In this document: in pieces, positions 30,977 to 35,952 of the stretch
How positions within the stretch are numbered: position 1 is the first letter of the stretch
Layout of the letters: every line of letters begins with the position of its first letter
DNA from: Malassezia furfur
Taxonomy: Eukaryota
DNA: 35,952 nt
Assembly (NCBI GenBank): GCA_052055015.1
Contig: JBQJIT010000069.1
Reading direction: 5' to 3' (one strand)
Notes under the pieces: model-generated
Databases searched by the model: none
What the model saw: only the letters and a program-made list of their open reading frames with translations
Told to the model about the DNA's origin: nothing
Program-made: the position numbers and the translations under genes

Positions 30977-33900
30977 ATGCTGGCGTACCCCGCGCGGTTG
31001 CTCTTCGGCGAAGACACCGCCAAGCATGTGTTCAAAACGTCCAAGGAGAGCGGTATTCCGCGCCTGTATAGCGAGCGGCACATCGCCGCCGCCGATCACC
31101 GGTACTGGGTGCAGTTCACCACGGTGTTCGACTCGGCGGAAGACATGTGCGCGACGCTCACCGTCCCGGAGCTACGGCGCGCCGCCGATGAGGCACCGGA
31201 GAACATTGTGACCCTCGTTGAGGTGCTCACGCTGCACCTCGAGAGTCTGGTGGACGACACAAACTTTGCGCCTGTGCCGCCGTACAACCCCGGCGGATTC
31301 AGCGCGTTGTTCGCGAGCACCGCGCCGCCGCGGCCCGTCGATGCGCGCAACCGCGTGCGCGAGGCACTCAACTGCTGCCGTGTGCTGATGCGCGTCGTCC
31401 CCGTGATTTACGAAAGCACGCCTCGGAAACGCGAGGACAGCGACATTGAAGACCTCGAGCAGCGCACGCTGTGGACGCCGCTGCCGCGCACGCGTTTCCT
31501 GCGCAACGAGCGCGGCCGGCCGTCGCCCACCAAGGAGGCGCCCGAGGAGGAGGCAGACGGCAAGGCAAACGACCAATTCATCATCTCGGACGGCGACGAG
31601 GGCGACCTGTCGATGCAGGACCCCCTCGCGGCCACAGCGTCGGGGCGCGGCGCCGACGGCGCGAGCGAGCAGGTGATGACGGGCCACGCGCTCCTCAACA
31701 CGCTGCTGGACCTGCTCTTCCACTCGGGCTTCACGATGCCGTGGACCGACGAACAGCTCAACTCGACGACGAGCAACGACATCAGCCGCGTGCACTTTAC
31801 CATTTGGGAGTCGGGCATTGGGTGCACCGTCGACCTGCAAGGCACCACGTCGCGGCACCTCGACCACCGCATCGAGGTGCTCCGCCTGCTCGTTGCGCTG
31901 CTGTCCAAGCCCATCTACACGGCGCCCGACGAGCCGCGCGCGGGGCAGCAAAACGCGCGCGAGTACGTCGCGTGTGCGCTCGAGCGCCCCGTGGTGCTGT
32001 CGTTCCTGTGCAGCCTGCTCAACACGGTGGCCAACTACAGCCAGGGCGACCACTGGATGCCGCTCACGTCGGCGGCCGACCCGCAGCGCGACGCGCTCAC
32101 CTCGCTGTGCCTCCAGACGCTCTGTGTGCTGCTCACCTACGAGCCGCCGGACACGAGCGGGCTGGGCGGCGCCGAGCAGCGCAACCTGTTCCTGTTCTAC
32201 ATGACGAAGCTGTACCGTGTGAGCGACTTTGCGTTCCTCGCGACCGGCACCGCCAAAATGTTCCAGCTCGCCATGGCACACACGCGCGGGCCGTTTGAGC
32301 TGGGCGCGGCGTCGGGCAGCCTGTTTGCCAAGGCGTGCGAAGAGCACGTCTCCGAGATCCTCGTGATCCTCTGGCTCCTGCTGCGCCACAACGCGCACTT
32401 CCGCAACTACATCGTCGGCAACCGCCAGCTGAGCCTCGACATGCTTTCGTGGCTGCTGTACGTCGCGCTCACCAACAAGGACGCGCCGCCGTCCTTGGCA
32501 CAGGCCCAGCTCGCCCTGTTTGTGCTGCAGGACCTCACGAGCGACCGCACCTTCTGCGTGCACCTCACGAGCCTGCAGAGCGCCGCGGACCTCACCGTGC
32601 CGGCGCGCCTCTTGCGACCGTCGGGCACGGTCGCGATGGACGCGCTGATCGAGAGCGTGTTTCTGCTGCTCACACGCAGCGCAGGGCTCATGGCGCCCAT
32701 GTACACGGCGCTGCTGCTCATCCTCGACAACACCGCACCGTTCTGGCGCAATCTCTCGCTGTCGTCCGCCGCGCGCCTCGAGCAGATGCTGCTGCAGCTC
32801 GCTTCGCCGCGGTTCCTGCTCGCCAGCGAGCACCACCCGCAGCTCATCGCGATCCTGCTCGACGCATTCACGCGCATGGTGCGTGACCAGTTTACCACGA
32901 ACGCCAACGTCGTGTACATCCTCGTGCGCGCTGCGCCGGTCATCGAGCGGCTCCAGGCACAGACGTTCCCAGAGGCACTCGAGTACGTCCACAAGCAGCG
33001 CGAGCGCGCGCGCGGTGAGGCAGCCCAGGCCGACACGGCCAAGCAGCTACCGAGCGTGCCGTCCGAGACTCCGGCGCACGCCGACGCGCGCAGCGAGGCG
33101 GAAACGGCGCCGACCGACAGCACAGACAGCCCAGCGGGCGCGCCGGCCAAGACCGAGGCAGCGAGCAAAGAGCCAGACGCGCCTGTGCCCACGGCGTCTG
33201 AGCCACTCGGCGTGGACGAACGCGATGCGCCGAGCAGCGGTGATGCAGGGCCGCTCAGCACCGAGCAGCACGACGCGCCCAGCACCGATGCGGGGGTAGA
33301 GCCGCACGAAGCGCCGGGCCAAAAGGCAGCAGCGCCCGAGGCGACGCCCGCCCAGCAGGCCGTAGCGCCCGAGGCGACGCCCGCCGCTCAGACCGACGCG
33401 CCTGAAGCAACGTCCGCCCAGCAGGCAGCAGCCTCCGAGACGACGCCCGCCGCCAAGGCCGACGCGCCCAAAGCGGCGCCCGCCCAGCCGGCAGCAGCAC
33501 CCAAGGAGGCCACGGCCACGGCGGCCCCCGGCGCTGCATCCGCCGCGGCGGCCCCGTCGAGCGACGCCGCAGCGACGCCCAATGCCGCCCTCGAGGAGAT
33601 CGCACGCATGGTCGGCAAGAACGGATTCGTGCCGACCGCCGCATGGTTCGACGCATGGCACCGTGCGCTGGATGTACGCACGCTTCGTGCCGTGCTCGAT
33701 GACCTGGTGCCGCGCGTGAATGCATTCTGTGCCCAGCCGGAAGTGACGAACAGCAACAACCCCCACGACCGCGTGCTGGCGTTCCTGCGCGAGCAAAAGC
33801 CCGCCGAGGCGGCGCTGCAGCCGACCGAGCTCTGTACGTCGAGCGCGTACTCACCCAGTGGCGCACCCGTTCATGTGGACGGCACAGAGCAGCATGTGGC

Positions 33901-34187
33901 TCGCAAGCTACGTATTCGGCCTCGTATTCCTGTCGGGACTCCGCGTGTACGTAACCCAGCACTGACGCAGGGGGCTCTTTACCGAAACCCACGCGAAGCT
34001 CTTCGAGATCCGCTACGAGGCGCCGCGCGAGACGACGGGCAGCCGTGTCCTGGACGCGATGGCGTCCATCACCTCGGGGCTCCTGGCGCAGGTGCCCATG
34101 CTCGGCGGCGGGGAGCGTGCGGCGGCACCGTCTACGCAGACCGACACACACGGTACGCCGCCCACGACGCAACCCACAAAACCGTGA
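30977..34187 (+). CDS. HID1: HID1/Ecm30 family Golgi protein
   Basis: REALNCCRVLMRVVPVIYE, DLLFHSGFT, IWESGIG, RIEVLRLL, GFVPTAAWFDAW. After two 3' introns (starting 33835 and 33947) the frame gives HPFMW...LFTETHAKLFEI, stop TGA 34185-34187. Confidence 0.82.
33326..33511 (+). repeat. Coding minisatellite, ~5.5 x 33 bp (11-aa AxAPEATPAxQ units) inside HID1
   Basis: Units include gcagcagcgcccgaggcgacgcccgcccagcag, gccgtagcgcccgaggcgacgcccgccgctcag and accgacgcgcctgaagcaacgtccgcccagcag. Confidence 0.8.
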
Positions 34188-35613
34188 GGCCTGCCGCCGA
34201 GAGGGTGTCACGCAGGATGCGCTGCTGCCGTAGCTCGGTGCGCCGCGCCGTCGCATAGCCCATGTTCGAAAAGGTCACCATCTCGTACAGGCTCTTCCAC
34301 GCGCCAGCAGGCAGCGTGCGCGACAGCACGCCGTCAAGCCACTTGCGCAGCTGGTAGTCGCGGCGGACGACCTTGCTGCGCATCTCGGTGTAGTTCTCCT
34401 GCGCGAGCAACTGGATCGCACGCACGTCGGCAGAGCGCCGCGCCGTGTAGTTCTGCAGCGCCGCGCCTTTGGCATCGGGCAGCTTGCCGTGCGCCGCGAG
34501 CGCCGCGTCCAGCTCCTCGAAAAAGATGCGCACGTCCTCGAGGCCGCAGTTGAGGCCCTGCCCGTAGAACGGCACCATGCCGTGCGCCGCATCGCCCAGA
34601 AACACGACCGACGACCCCGCGTGCATCGGCGAGCACTGCACGCTCCCGAGCGAGCTCGGCGTGCGCGACGTGAGGTGCTCGACCAGCTCATCCTCGTCCA
34701 TCACCGCGAGCGCGTCGGGGAAGTTGGCGCGGAAAAAGGCAAGCACAGACGCCTTGTCCCGGCAGTGCTCGGCAAACACGCGGAACGGCGCAAACAGCGT
34801 CGAGGTAAACGACCCGTCGACGTTCGGCAGCGCAATCAGCATGTAGTCGTGCCGCGGCCAGATGTGCAGGCACGACACAGACAGCTGCCACGCGGGCGAC
34901 GCGGTGTCGGACGGGCCCGGCGGCACACGCAGCTCGACGTAGCCCGAGTCGATGTACTCTTGCACGGTGTTGATGCGCGCGAGCGGCGCGATCCGCGTCC
35001 GCACCGCCGAGTGCACGCCGTCGCACGCGGCCACAAGCGCATAGGTGGCACTGGCGTCAGCACACGGCATACGTACCTCACCGGATCCATGCGGTCGGGC
35101 ACACGGAACACGAGCTGGACCTCGCCGTCGTCCCGCGCACGGTGCACATGCACGAGCGTGTGCTGAAAGTAGAGGTGCACATGGGGGTGATCGGCGGCCT
35201 TCTGGAGCAGCATCCAGTTCAGCTTGGCGCGCTCAAACGAGTAGATGCACTGCGTCAGCATTCGCACCTACCTCGCCCTTGGTGCTGTACGGCTGCCGGT
35301 CGAGATGGACGTGGCCGTCGGCGTCGGTGACGTGGATCATGCGCGCCGACATCGGCACCGCCTCGGACAGCACCTTGTCGGCGATCGACGGGTGCCGCTG
35401 GTCGCCCTCGCCGCCCACGGCACGCAGCGCCGTAATGCCGCGCACGGACACGGCCAGGTTGATGCTCCGCTGCGTCGCCGTGGGCTGCTTCGTGAACGCC
35501 GACTCGGGCTGGCTCTCGTACAGCGCCACATCAAAGCCACGCTCCGCAAACCCGATCGCCGTCAAGCAGCCTACGGGGCCTGCGCCCACCACCGCAACCG
35601 TGTGAGGCGCCAT
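34132..35613 (-). CDS. BNA4: Kynurenine 3-monooxygenase
   Basis: VAVVGAGPVG FAD motif, RSINLAVSVRG, ACDGVHSAVR, LHIWPR..MLIALPN, LGDAAHGMVPFYGQGLNCGLED, NYTEMRSKV, LYEMVTFS, C-terminal hydrophobic anchor. Two short introns. Confidence 0.92.
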
Positions 35614-35690
35614 GCTCGCGTCGCTACTCAGGGAGCTAGGACGGGCGTACCGGGAATACCTCCACTCGACCGAAATGCGCCCATTTCCAA

Positions 35691-35952
35691 CTACAAATCG
35701 ATTAACAGCGGCTCGTCACGCTCGGCGGACGAGCGTGCGCCGGACGGATGCGCAGATGCGTGGGAGTCGGCATATACAGAGGGGGTCGTAGGCTCCGCAT
35801 ATGCGCGGGGGGTATCGTGTACGCGGTCCGACCCTGCAGGGTTCGGCGGCGCGCTGGGGACGTGCGTCGGTGCGGACGGCAGCATCGACAGCGCCGGGGC
35901 CGACGCGTGCGCGGATGGCGTCGGCGCAGCGTGCGTCAGCGCCGAGGGCGCG
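35691..35952 (-). CDS. 3' end of a probable ESCRT-0 Vps27/HRS-like protein (partial)
   Basis: Open frame from the window end, Pro/Ala/Ser-rich, with two PSAP motifs and a terminal LLIDL clathrin-box-like motif. Confidence 0.45.
   Translation of the reverse strand, partial: APSALTHAAPTPSAHASAPALSMLPSAPTHVPSAPPNPAGSDRVHDTPRAYAEPTTPSVYADSHASAHPSGARSSAERDEPLLIDL

Noticed and set aside
33326..33511. 33-bp repeats as a CRISPR-like array
   Set aside because: No spacers, the units are degenerate and in frame inside a eukaryotic CDS, and there are no cas genes.
30977..34258. 1093-aa unspliced ORF as the real HID1 product
   Set aside because: The HID1-like C-terminal motifs appear only after splicing two short introns near 33835 and 33947, ending at 34187.

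Overview
Very compact, GC-rich fungal DNA with tiny (mostly 21-33 nt) GT-AG introns and intergenic gaps of only a few to about 400 bp. By inference this is a Malassezia-type basidiomycete yeast. The first ~21 kb is one large imperfect inverted duplication centred at ~10496. Eight genes (PUF-like, RRP43, ERG8, GCN20, TFB1, a small orphan ORF, CDC37, SCD6/LSM14) occur twice in mirror order. The arms are roughly 90% identical in spot checks, with mostly synonymous changes, and they meet inside SCD6, so both SCD6 copies are truncated. This fits two homeologous (hybrid-parent) haplotypes joined head-on, either really or by mis-assembly. The remaining 15 kb is single-copy: TMEM41/VTT protein, PRE6, EGD2, ISA2, a CaMK-type kinase fused to an HSL-family alpha/beta hydrolase, a small membrane protein, an Asterix-like gene, HID1, BNA4 and the 3' end of a probable VPS27. 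The best novelty candidates are (i) a 104-aa gene upstream of CDC37 that is an ungapped partial paralog of the Cdc37 N-terminal helical region, (ii) the kinase-lipase fusion, (iii) an snR52-like C/D snoRNA inside the only long SCD6 intron, and (iv) the palindromic junction. Intron boundaries and gene names were assigned by eye without database searches.
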